Source of the DNA: an uncultured Planctomycetota bacterium
GTDB taxonomy: Bacteria > Planctomycetota > Planctomycetia > Isosphaerales > Isosphaeraceae
Assembly: GCA_963737655.1 (NCBI GenBank)
Contig: CAVTTN010000002.1
Location: forward strand, 5,568,001 to 5,632,000
Direction of reading: 5' to 3'
Length of the DNA: 64,000 nucleotides
The notes under the pieces are model-generated. The model was not told the origin of the DNA. It saw only the letters and a list, made by a program, of their open reading frames with translations, and searched no databases. Below, one piece after another: positions 21,338 through 31,000 of the stretch. Both the position numbers and the translations under genes were made by a program. The first letter of the stretch is position 1; every line of letters begins with the position of its first letter.

Positions 21338-23119
21338 ATGCATAAAGGCGTGGCCGTCAGCCCCGGAGTTGTCGTCGGGGTCGCTCATCGGGTCGAGTCG
21401 ATCTTCGGCGCGGGGGAGCCGGTCGGGCTGTCCGACCCATCCCTGATCCCGGCCGAGATCGAGCGGTTCGACCGCGCCGTGAGCGTCTCGGCCGCCGAGC
21501 TGGAGGCGATCGTCCTGAAGGTCGCCCAGCAACTGGGTGCGGCCGAGGCCGAGATCTTCGAGAGCCACCTTCGATCGTCAGCGACAATCGATGGTGCCGA
21601 AGGTCCGCGCGAACTGATCGAGTTGCAACGGCTCACGGCGCTCTCCTCGCTCCAGTCCGTGCTCCAGGACTACGCCGCCAGATTCGCCCGGATCGAGCAC
21701 GACTACTTCCGCGAGCGGCTGGCCGACCTCCGCGACGTGATCTCGCGGATCGGCTCGCACCTGAGCCTTCCCGACGGCCCCGCCTCGGCCATCGACGGCA
21801 TCAGCCCCGGCAAGCCCGACGGCGATTCGCCGATCATCCTCGTGGCCCACGAGATCCTCCCCAGCCAGGCCATGAGCCTGGGCAACCTGCCGATCGCCGG
21901 GATCGTCACCGAGACCGGCGGCGGCACCAGCCACGCCGCGATCCTCGCCCGGAGCCGAGGCATCCCGGCCGTCTCCGGCTGCGTCGGGATCACCGCCGAC
22001 GTCCGCTCGGGCGACCCGATCATCGTCGACGGCCGCGAAGGCGTCGTCCTCGTCCGGCCCGATTCCGAGACCATCTCCGCCTATCGCAAGATGCAGCGCG
22101 AGTTCTTCGACCTCAAGGACCGCCTGGTCCTCAATCGCGACCAGCCGGCCACCAGCGCCGACGGCGCGCCAGATCGAGCTCCTGGCCAACATCAACAACC
22201 TCGTCCGACGCCCAGGCCGCCGAGAAGGTCGGCGCCACCGGCGTCGGCCTGTTCCGGACCGAATACCTCTTCCTCACCCACCAGGACGTGCCCGACGAGG
22301 AGGAGCAGTACCAGCACTACCGCCAGATCATCGAGGACCGCCCGGCCGGATCGTCACCATCCGGACCCTCGACCTCGGCGGCGACAAGACCGTCCCCTAC
22401 CTCGGCCGACGCAACGAGGCCAACCCGTTCATGGGCTGGCGGTCGATCCGCCTCTCGTTCGAGCACCCCCGGCTCTTCGAACGGCAGATCCGGGCGATCC
22501 TCCGCGCCGGCCGCCACGGCAAGGTCTCGATGCTCTTCCCGATGATCACCACGCTGGAGGAGCTCCGACACGTCAACCGGCTGGTGGAGGAGACCCGGCG
22601 GAACCTCCGTCGCGAAGGGGTCCCGTTCGGCGAGGACGTCAAGACGGGCGTGATGATCGAGGTGCCCGCCGCGGCGGTCTGCATCGACGCGATCTTCCGC
22701 GAGACCGACTTCATCTCGATCGGCTCCAACGACCTGATCCAGTACCTCGTCGCCGCCGACCGCGACAACCCGAAGGTCGCCCACCTCTGCGAGCCGCTCT
22801 AGCCCGGCGATTTTCCGCATCTTGCAGATGGTCCTCGACGCCTGCCAGACGGACCGGGACGCCCGTGACCGTCTGCGGCGAGATGGCCGGCCAGCCGCGA
22901 TCGGTGCTCGTCCTCTTCGGGATGGGCCTGCGGCGGTTCAGCATGAGCCCGGCGTTCGTCCCGACGATCAAGGCCCTCCTGAACGCCGTCACCACCGCCC
23001 AGGCCGAGCGGTTCGCCCACCAGGTCCTCCAGCTCAAGACCAGCGAGGAGATCCGTTCGTACCTGACCGCCCGGCTCCACGAGGTCTCCAGCGACCTGGA
23101 GATGTTCGACTTCTCGTAG
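21338..23119 (+). CDS. ptsI: Phosphoenolpyruvate-protein phosphotransferase (PTS enzyme I), multiple apparent frameshifts
   Basis: GVAVSPG; phospho-His motif GGGTSHAAILARS; NPFMGWRSIR, GVMIEVP, SIGSNDLIQY and VCGEMAG spread over several frames. No N-terminal GAF domain. Confidence 0.9.
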   Translation: MHKGVAVSPGVVVGVAHRVESIFGAGEPVGLSDPSLIPAEIERFDRAVSVSAAELEAIVLKVAQQLGAAEAEIFESHLRSSATIDGAEGPRELIELQRLTALSSLQSVLQDYAARFARIEHDYFRERLADLRDVISRIGSHLSLPDGPASAIDGISPGKPDGDSPIILVAHEILPSQAMSLGNLPIAGIVTETGGGTSHAAILARSRGIPAVSGCVGITADVRSGDPIIVDGREGVVLVRPDSETISAYRKMQREFFDLKDRLVLNRDQPATSADGAPDRAPGQHQQPRPTPRPPRRSAPPASACSGPNTSSSPTRTCPTRRSSTSTTARSSRTARPDRHHPDPRPRRRQDRPLPRPTQRGQPVHGLAVDPPLVRAPPALRTADPGDPPRRPPRQGLDALPDDHHAGGAPTRQPAGGGDPAEPPSRRGPVRRGRQDGRDDRGARRGGLHRRDLPRDRLHLDRLQRPDPVPRRRRPRQPEGRPPLRAALARRFSASCRWSSTPARRTGTPVTVCGEMAGQPRSVLVLFGMGLRRFSMSPAFVPTIKALLNAVTTAQAERFAHQVLQLKTSEEIRSYLTARLHEVSSDLEMFDFS

Positions 23120-23481
23120 GGTGCCGGGAATGCACCCACGTCAATCCCCGACGCGGCCTCGGATCGCCACCCCTACCATGTTGCGAACCGCCCCCGGCGT
23201 TGCTACCCTAGCCGCAGCCCGGAAAGAGGCCGCGAAACCGGCCGATCCGGGATTCCCGATCGCGAGAATCCGCGAACCGAGCATTCCCGAAATCGGGAAG
23301 GGCCGCCCGACCCGGCGGCACGTTCGGTTCGATCCAAAATGTTGGAATGCCAGGGACTTGAGGCAAGACTTCCCCCCCGGCATCAATGTTGCCTGAGAGC
23401 CTTATCCCTTCCCGCCCGCGCAGGACCGCGAATCCGGCATCCCGGGCGCCTCGCCCGACCGACCCGGCTGGGACTACCTTC

Positions 23482-24729
23482 ATGGCTGACCGACCGAGCA
23501 TCAAGGATATCCTCGCCAAGGCCCGGGCCGGCGGCGCGGCCTCGCCCGGCGGCGAGCCGATCTCGCAGTCCGAGCGCGAGGCCGGTCCGACCGAGCCGGA
23601 ACCGACCTCGGACGAGCCGATGGAGCTCTCCTCGGCCCCCGAGCCGGCCCCGACCGCCGAGTCGCTCGGCCGACCCCTGACCCTGAAAGAGAAGCTCGCC
23701 GCCGCCAGGACCGGCGCGGCCCCCACGCCCGCCGCCAAACCGGCTGCCGCCAAGGCCGCGCCGAAGGAAGTCGAGGTCCCGGCGGCCGAGGAGGCCGCGC
23801 CCGCCCCGAGGCCGGCGATCCCGACCGATCGGCCGCTGACGCTCAAGGAGAAGCTCGCCGCCGCGAGGACCGGGGCCGCCCCGGCCGCGCCCTCCGCCGG
23901 CAAGCCGGCCGCCGCCAAGCCCGCCGCCGGGGCCAAGCCCGCCGCCCCGGCCGCCGCCAAGGCCGCGACCCGCGACCTGCCCCCGCTCGACAAGATCACC
24001 GACCCCCGAGACCTCGCCGAGGCCCTCCGCCGCGCCGGGACCGAGAAGGAAAAGGCGGCCAAGGCCGACGCCGCCACCCGGGCCGCCTCGGCCGCCGGGG
24101 CCACCCCCGCCGGGGCCAAGGCCGCGGCAACCAAGAAGGTCGAATCCAAGGTCATCCCGCCGAAGCCGAGCAAGGACGCCGCCACAGCGCCCTCGCCCTC
24201 GGCGACGGCCACCGCGCCGGCCGTCCACCGCCGCCAGTTCTTCGGCGACGCCTCCTGGGTGATCGCCGGATGGGGCGCCTTCACCGCCGGGATGACCGCG
24301 CTGACCCTGGGATGCGTCCGCTTCCTCTTCCCCAACGTCCTGGCCGAGCCGCCCAGCACCATCAAGGTCGGCCTCCCCACGGACTTCGAGAAGGAGCAGG
24401 TCAACGAGCGCTGGAAGGCCGAATGGGGCTTCTGGATCGTCCGCTCCTCGGCGTATGACGGCGAGGACAAGATCTACGCGATCCAGTCCGTCTGCACCCA
24501 CCTGGGATGCCCGCCGAACTGGCTCTCGGCCGAGACCAAGTTCAAGTGCCCCTGCCACGGCTCGGGCTTCTACATCTCGGGAGTGAACTTCGAGGGCCCC
24601 GCCCCCCGGCCCCTGGAACGCTTCAAGGTCGCCCTGAACGACGGCGGCGAGATCGTCGTCGACAAGAGCCAGAAGTACCAGGAAGAGCTGAAGCAGTGGG
24701 GCGACCCGGACAGCTTCATCATCGCCTAG
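23482..24729 (+). CDS. petC: Rieske 2Fe-2S subunit of cytochrome bc complex with long Ala/Pro-rich N-terminal extension
   Basis: Tat-like RRQFF plus TM; CTHLGC and CPCHGSGF boxes; GPAPRPL. Confidence 0.9.
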   Translation: MADRPSIKDILAKARAGGAASPGGEPISQSEREAGPTEPEPTSDEPMELSSAPEPAPTAESLGRPLTLKEKLAAARTGAAPTPAAKPAAAKAAPKEVEVPAAEEAAPAPRPAIPTDRPLTLKEKLAAARTGAAPAAPSAGKPAAAKPAAGAKPAAPAAAKAATRDLPPLDKITDPRDLAEALRRAGTEKEKAAKADAATRAASAAGATPAGAKAAATKKVESKVIPPKPSKDAATAPSPSATATAPAVHRRQFFGDASWVIAGWGAFTAGMTALTLGCVRFLFPNVLAEPPSTIKVGLPTDFEKEQVNERWKAEWGFWIVRSSAYDGEDKIYAIQSVCTHLGCPPNWLSAETKFKCPCHGSGFYISGVNFEGPAPRPLERFKVALNDGGEIVVDKSQKYQEELKQWGDPDSFIIA

Positions 24730-24739
24730 AGGTCCGTTC

Positions 24740-24799
24740 GCAGGGCGGGCCTCGGCCTGCCGTCCCCGGCCTGACTCGGCAGGCCGAGGCCCGCCCTGC
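24740..24799. repeat. REPIN family A variant (GCAGGGCGGGCCTCGGCCTGCC, both arms)
   Basis: Perfect inverted arms between the Rieske and cytochrome b genes. Confidence 0.8.
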
Positions 24800-24943
24800 G
24801 AAGAGTTGTCAGTCGTCAGAGTCTCCGTAGGAAATCATCAGGGAACGTGGTGGACGAAGTCGGTCGTGAGAGGCGTGGCCCCCGCCCCCGGTCTCTCGCT
24901 GACAACGGGCAACTTCCCCACTGACAACTCCCAAGGGGTGCTC

Positions 24944-25717
24944 ATGGCCATCGTCGAGAAGATCACCGAGAGCCAGGTCTGGAAGAGCATCTTCCGCCAC
25001 CCGATGCCCAAGGACCGGCGCAATCGCGTGGTCGTGATGCTCACGAACTTCTTCCTCCACCTGCACCCGGTCAGCGTCCGCAAGCAGGGGATCGCGCTGA
25101 GCTACACCTGGTGCATGGGCGGGACGACGTTCTTCCTGTTCATCGTGGAGGTCGTCACGGGCGTCCTCCTGATGTTCTACTACCGGCCCACGCTGGAACA
25201 CGCCTACAACGACATCCTGGCCCTGCGGGACGTCACCACGCTGGGCATCCTGCGGGAATTGCACCGCTGGGGCGCCCACGCGATGGTCATCGCCGTGTGG
25301 CTCCACATGTACCGGGTGTTCCTCACCGGCAGTTACAAGCCGCCTCGCGAGTTCAACTGGGTGATCGGCGTGCTGCTGCTGGTGATGACGCTGTTGCTGT
25401 CGTTCACCGGCTACCTCCTGCCGTGGGACCAGCTCGCCATCTGGGCCATCACGGTCGGCTCGAACATGGCCAGGGCCACGCCGTTCGCGGGGGTCGAAGG
25501 CCCCGGGGCGTCGCTGTTGAAACTCAACGGAGTCAGCCTGATCACCTCGGGTTCCGACGCCAAGTTCGCCCTGCTCGGCGGCCGGTCGGTGGGCGAGATG
25601 ACCCTGAACCGGTTCTACGTCCTGCACTGCGTGGCCATCCCCCTGGCGGTGTCCCTCCTGATCATGATCCACTTCTGGAGGGTCCGCAAAGACGGCGGGA
25701 TCAGCGGGCCGATGTGA
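24944..25717 (+). CDS. petB: Cytochrome b6-like (N-terminal half of split cytochrome b)
   Basis: WCMGG; heme ligands HRWGAH..V..VWLHM and LHC...[20 protein letters not shown]; 257 aa. Confidence 0.92.
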   Translation: MAIVEKITESQVWKSIFRHPMPKDRRNRVVVMLTNFFLHLHPVSVRKQGIALSYTWCMGGTTFFLFIVEVVTGVLLMFYYRPTLEHAYNDILALRDVTTLGILRELHRWGAHAMVIAVWLHMYRVFLTGSYKPPREFNWVIGVLLLVMTLLLSFTGYLLPWDQLAIWAITVGSNMARATPFAGVEGPGASLLKLNGVSLITSGSDAKFALLGGRSVGEMTLNRFYVLHCVAIPLAVSLLIMIHFWRVRKDGGISGPM

Positions 25718-25748
25718 TCGATCGTCGAGGGGATGGGGAGGGATCGCG

Positions 25749-25997
25749 ATGGTGGACATGTCGCCGACCGCCGAACTGGTGCTCAGGCGTCTCCAGGCCG
25801 AACCCGACCGGCTCCGTTATGACCTGGAGGTCTTCGGGGGCGTGGTCCAGTCCGAGCAACTGGCCATGTTGGACTCCGCCTATGAGCAACTGGGGAAGGC
25901 CGGGTTGGTCGAGCGGTCGGGGTCGTTCATCCGGTTCTTCGGGATGCCGAAGCGGCTCAGCGAGCGAGGGCGGAGCCTCTCGGGATCGATGCCGTGA
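25749..25997 (+). CDS. Small hypothetical protein
   Basis: GGAGG RBS; 82 aa; GTGA overlap with the next gene. Confidence 0.45.
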   Translation: MVDMSPTAELVLRRLQAEPDRLRYDLEVFGGVVQSEQLAMLDSAYEQLGKAGLVERSGSFIRFFGMPKRLSERGRSLSGSMP

Positions 25998-26329
25998 CCT
26001 CCTCCTCGTTGGACCGCTCCCGGACCATGTTGCCTCCCGAAAAATTCCCGAGGGCCATCCTGGAATTCCAGGATTCGTTCGTCCAGGAGAGCGGGTCGGA
26101 GAATCCGTGGGTCCGGGTCATCCTCGTCAACGGGGAAGTCATCTACCTCAAGGGGCTTCGGATCGATCCCTCGCCCACTCTTCCCGGATGGTCGATGTTC
26201 CGGAACGCCCTGCCCCCGTCGTCCCATGCCCTGGTCGCCCGCGATGAGGAGATCCTGAGGGTCGATTTCGAGATCCTGGTCCCCGAGCCCGAACCCCCGC
26301 CGAGGCCGCCTCTGGGCTTCTCGGCCTGA
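25994..26329 (+). CDS. Small hypothetical protein
   Basis: 111 aa ending in PPRPPLGFSA; translationally coupled to the previous ORF. Confidence 0.5.
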   Translation: MTSSSLDRSRTMLPPEKFPRAILEFQDSFVQESGSENPWVRVILVNGEVIYLKGLRIDPSPTLPGWSMFRNALPPSSHALVARDEEILRVDFEILVPEPEPPPRPPLGFSA

Positions 26330-26375
26330 CCGAAACCCCGAGACCTATTCCGCCGACCGGCTCCCAGAGACGACC

Positions 26376-27968
26376 ATGCACAACTCCGACCTCAACTCGG
26401 CCGTGACGGCCGGCCTCGGCTGGTACTACCTGCTGGCCGCGATGCTCAACGCGGCGGCGGCGGCCTACGTGGCCTACATGGAGATGGTCTCCGAGGGGGC
26501 CTCGCGCGCCGGCCTCGCCCCCCGGACCCGCAAGCTCCCCGACTGGCTCGTGGTGAGCTTCTCGGGCCTTTACGGGCTGGCCATGCTCGTGATCCTCGGC
26601 CGCTCGATGATCGGGCCCGACGCCCTGAGGATCGCCTACGGCCTCTGCGCCCTGGCCAACGTGATCGTGGCCATCGCCGCCGGGGCCGACGCCGCCCACC
26701 ACGCCGAGGCCCACGACGCCGGCCACGGCGTCGGCTCGGAGTTCGGCGGGCCCTCGCTCGACGACCACATCCCGGCCGTCGGCCTGGGCAAGCCGATCAA
26801 CCGGACCCTCTGGACCCTGATCTGGGCGGTCTCCGCCGTGATCTTCCAGGCCATGGGCGTCGTCTACATCCTCGACCGGCAGTTCAGCCTGCCGCTGTTC
26901 CTCCGCGACATCGTCGACTTCGTCTCCGGCCCCACCACGTTCTTCGTCGGCGCCACGGCGGCCTTCGCCGCGATGATCGCCTACCGCAAGCTCTTCGCCA
27001 ACGGCGTGTTCGCCTGGGGCCTGGTCAACGCCTTCCTCCTGTTCTTCGGCCTGAGCGTCACCGACAAGGACTTCCGGGGCATCGTGACCGCCCCGGACAA
27101 CGTCCCGATCGTCGGCATGATCATCCTCGTCGGCTTCTTCACCTGGCTGAGCCTCCGCCGGGCCGTGATCAACGACTCGCGGATGGCCCTGGGCCTGCCC
27201 AACCTCGAGGAGATGGAGCCGGAGAAGACGCTGACCTGGCCCGACCTCGTCTATACCGAGCTGATCGCGATGGTCATCCAGACGATCGTCCTGGTCGTCT
27301 GGGCCATCGCCTTGCAGGCCCCCCTGGAGCAGCCGGCCAGCTCCACCTCCGCCCCGAACCCCTCGAAGGCCCCGTGGTACTTCCTCGGCCTCCAGGAGAT
27401 GCTCGTCTATTTCGACCCCTGGATGGCCGGCGTCGTCCTGCCCACAATGATCATCGTGGGGCTGATGGCCATGCCCTACATCGACACCAACAAGCAGGGC
27501 AACGGCTACTACACCATCGAGCAGAGGAAGTTCGCGTACGTGACATTCCAGTACGGCTGGCTCGTCCTCTGGGTCGTCCTGATCCTCCTGGGGACGTTCC
27601 TCCGAGGCCCCAACTGGAACTTCTTCGGGCCTTACGAATACTGGGACGTCCACAAGGTCATCCCCCTGAACAACGTCAACCTCTCGGACATCGTCTGGAT
27701 CCAGGTCCTCGGCACCAGCCGGCCGGACAACATCCTGCTCCGCGAGGCGCCGGGCTTCCTCGTGGTCCTGGCCTACTTCGTCCTCACCCCCCTGATCCTG
27801 GCCCGGACGTTCTTCCGCAAGTACCTGGAACAAGCCGGGTTCCTGCGATATTCCGTGCTGGCCGTGCTGATCCTGTTCATGGCCAGCCTGCCGATCAAGA
27901 TGGTCCTGCGATGGACCATCAACCTGAAATACCTGGTGGCGATCCCGGAATACTTCTTCAACATCTAG
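26376..27968 (+). CDS. petD: Cytochrome b6 subunit IV-like polytopic membrane protein with N-terminal TM extension
   Basis: TWPDLVY.E, APLEQPA...PNPSKAPWYFLGLQE, PYID motifs of subunit IV; many TM helices. Confidence 0.8.
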   Translation: MHNSDLNSAVTAGLGWYYLLAAMLNAAAAAYVAYMEMVSEGASRAGLAPRTRKLPDWLVVSFSGLYGLAMLVILGRSMIGPDALRIAYGLCALANVIVAIAAGADAAHHAEAHDAGHGVGSEFGGPSLDDHIPAVGLGKPINRTLWTLIWAVSAVIFQAMGVVYILDRQFSLPLFLRDIVDFVSGPTTFFVGATAAFAAMIAYRKLFANGVFAWGLVNAFLLFFGLSVTDKDFRGIVTAPDNVPIVGMIILVGFFTWLSLRRAVINDSRMALGLPNLEEMEPEKTLTWPDLVYTELIAMVIQTIVLVVWAIALQAPLEQPASSTSAPNPSKAPWYFLGLQEMLVYFDPWMAGVVLPTMIIVGLMAMPYIDTNKQGNGYYTIEQRKFAYVTFQYGWLVLWVVLILLGTFLRGPNWNFFGPYEYWDVHKVIPLNNVNLSDIVWIQVLGTSRPDNILLREAPGFLVVLAYFVLTPLILARTFFRKYLEQAGFLRYSVLAVLILFMASLPIKMVLRWTINLKYLVAIPEYFFNI

Positions 27969-28058
27969 AGGAGCCCGAAGCGCCGAGATCCGGTCGTCGA
28001 GTCGCGATCGCAGGCCGCCCCGATCCGCTCGCAAACCGGCCCCGGCACTCGGAATACG

Positions 28059-31000
28059 ATGCCAGCGACCGAAGAAACCTTTCGCAAGCAATCGACGCTC
28101 CACCTCGTCTTCGCCGTCTCGTCCATCGCGATGACGGCCGTGACGATCTGGATGATCATGGCCGACCACCTCCGGCCCTGGAAGAACGTCCAGCGCGATT
28201 TCCAGAAAATCGAGACGGCCAAGCTCAAGGCCAACGAAGACCAGAAGCTCCAGGAGCAGCAGGAGAACTCCTCGGCCCAGATCGAGGCGATCGACAAGAA
28301 GGTCGAGGCCCTGGACGCCCTGGCCGCCACCAACGCCCGCAAGATCGCCAACATCGACGCCGAAATCGCCAAACTTGGCGGTACTCGCGAGCGGCTGGAC
28401 ACCGAACGCAAGTTCCAGAAGGCCGGGCTCGACAGCCTCCGCAGCTTCTACGACGGCATGATCGACCGCAACGAGCGGCCCCGGGCCAACGACTTCCTCG
28501 CCGGGACGATCGTCCCGAGCGAACGGACGTTCGAGACGATCGTCCGCGACTACGAGGCGGCCGTCCGCGACCTCGATCGCAAGAAGCTCGACCGGGGCTT
28601 GCTCGCCGCCGAGGTCGTCGAGGTCGCCGACACGCCGCCGCCGGGCACCCCGGCGGCCGTCGCCGGGTTCAAGAAGGGGGACACCCTCCCGGTGGCCGAA
28701 TTCGAGAAGCTCCGCAATGAGGCCGAGGCCGCCATCGCCCCGCCCAAGGGCCAGCCCGCTCGCGAGGCCAACGTCTCGGTCACCGTCCTCCGCTCGACCG
28801 TGACCAAGGGGGCCGACGGCAAGCCCGAGATCACGACCAAGTCCGTCCCCCTGACCCTCAATGTCAAGCCGGGCGCCCTGGCGAAAGATGACCAGAACCG
28901 CGCCGGGGGGTTCGAGACCATCGGCCTGCCCGTGACCGCCGTGACTTCCGAGGTCCTCAAGAAGAAGCGGGAAGACCTGACCCGCGACCGCGACCGCGTG
29001 GCGCGGGCCCTGGCCCAGAAGCAGGCCCAGTACGGCGAAGGCTCGGGTTTCGGCGGCTTCCTCAACCGCTCCCTGGCCACCCTCCGCGGCCTGCCGATCA
29101 TCGACCTGGCCGCGCCCCCGACCAAGATCCAGCAGATCAGCCTGCCGGAACTGCTGATCAATTACAACTTTAAAGAAGTCCCGAGGTACGACCGCTGCAC
29201 CACGTGCCACCTCGGGATCGACCGGCCCGGCTACGACAAGACGGCCGACGGCCAGCCGATGCCGGCCGTCTTCCACACCCACCCCCACCTCAAGGACGGC
29301 GCCAGGGCGCCCGACGCCCGGGGGAACATCGTCACCGTCGGCCTGTACCTCGATAGCGACGGCCCCCACAAGATCAACAGCTTCGGCTGCACGATCTGCC
29401 ACGGCGGCCAGGGCTCCGGCACCTCCTTCACCTACGCCTCCCACGAGCCCGACGACCTCCACGAAAAGGAAGTCTGGGAAAAGAAATACGACTGGACCGA
29501 GATGCACCACTGGGACGAGCCGATGCTCCCCACCCGGTTCCTCCAGTCCAGCTGCCTGAAGTGCCACCACCAGGTCACCGACCTGAACGACGAGCAGGCC
29601 CCCAAGCTCCTGGCCGGCTACCAGAGGATCACCAAGTACGGCTGCACCGGCTGCCACACCATCGGCGGCGAGGGGTCGTTCGGCCCCGACTTGACGGATA
29701 ACCGCCAGGTCGGCCCGAACCTCAAGCACCTCGGGTCCAAGGTCACCAAGGACTGGGCCCTGAAGTGGATCAAGAACCCCCACGCCTTCCGGCCCGACAC
29801 GAGGATGCCCCGGTTCTACGAGGTCTCCAACAACGAGGCCCCGGAGGACCGGCCGAAGGTCCATGCCGAGATCCACGCCATGGCGCACTACCTGTTCGCC
29901 GTGAGCACGCCGCCCAAGGAGTTCGTCGATCCCCCGGTCGAAGGCCACGCCGAGAAGGGCAAGGACCTCTTCTTCTCCAAGGGTTGCATGGCCTGCCACT
30001 CTCACAAGGAGTATGCCCCGGACGGACTTCCGGCCGGTGCCCAGCCGTTCGCCAGCTCCAACTTCGGCCCCAACCTCTCGAACATCGCCGCCAAGTTCGA
30101 CCCGAAGACCGGCTTTAAATGGCTGGCGAACTGGATCAAGAACCCCGAGGCGTACCATCCCAAGAGCCTGATGCCCAACCTCCAGCTCTCCTGGGAGGAC
30201 TCGGCCGACATCGCCGCCTGGCTGCTGTCGGTCAAGCCCGACTCGGTGCCGGCCCGGTGGTCGGAGGGGGAATTCCAGGTCCCTCCGGTCGATTCCGAGG
30301 AGGTCAAGGCGGGACTGGACGAGCTGGTGAAGCTCTACCTGGGCAAGTCCAAGACCTACAAGAGGCGGACGGTCCTCCTCAGCGAGGTGGATAAGACGGT
30401 CGCCGAGATGTCTCTGGACGACAAGCTCACCTACGTCGGCGAGAAGACGATCAGCCGCCTCGGCTGCTTCGGCTGCCACAACATCACCGGCTACGAATCC
30501 GCCAAGCCGATCGGCACGCCGCTCAACGGCTGGGGCATCAAGAGCCCGTCCAAGCTGGACTTCGGCCACATCGCCGAGTACCTCGAAGAGAATCGGACCC
30601 TCAAGGACCCGGCCGGGACCGCCGGGCCGGCGGCCCACGACGACCTGCCCCGCAAGGGCCGGGCCCACGCCGTCGTCGGCGGCGAGGGAGACGGCGAGAA
30701 GGTCGCCGACTACGACGGCACCGACGAGTATTACAAGGAAAAGATCGACGACCACACCCGGATGGGCTTCCTCTACCAGAAGCTCCACCGCCCCCGCTCC
30801 TACGACGCCGGCAAGAACAACCCCGACCTCAAGAGCTGGGACGACCGGCTGAGGATGCCCCAGTTCGTCTGGGCGAACGACCCGAAGGCCGTCGAGGAGG
30901 TCATGACGTTCGTCCTGGGCCTCACCGGCGAGCGCATCCCCGCCAAGTACCTGCCCAGGTACAACCCGACCACCACCGCCGTGGCCAAGGGGGAGCGGCT

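Noticed and set aside
21338..23119. ptsI as a true pseudogene or programmed-frameshift gene
   Set aside because: All catalytic motifs are conserved and similar indels occur window-wide without slippery-site signatures; sequencing error is more parsimonious.
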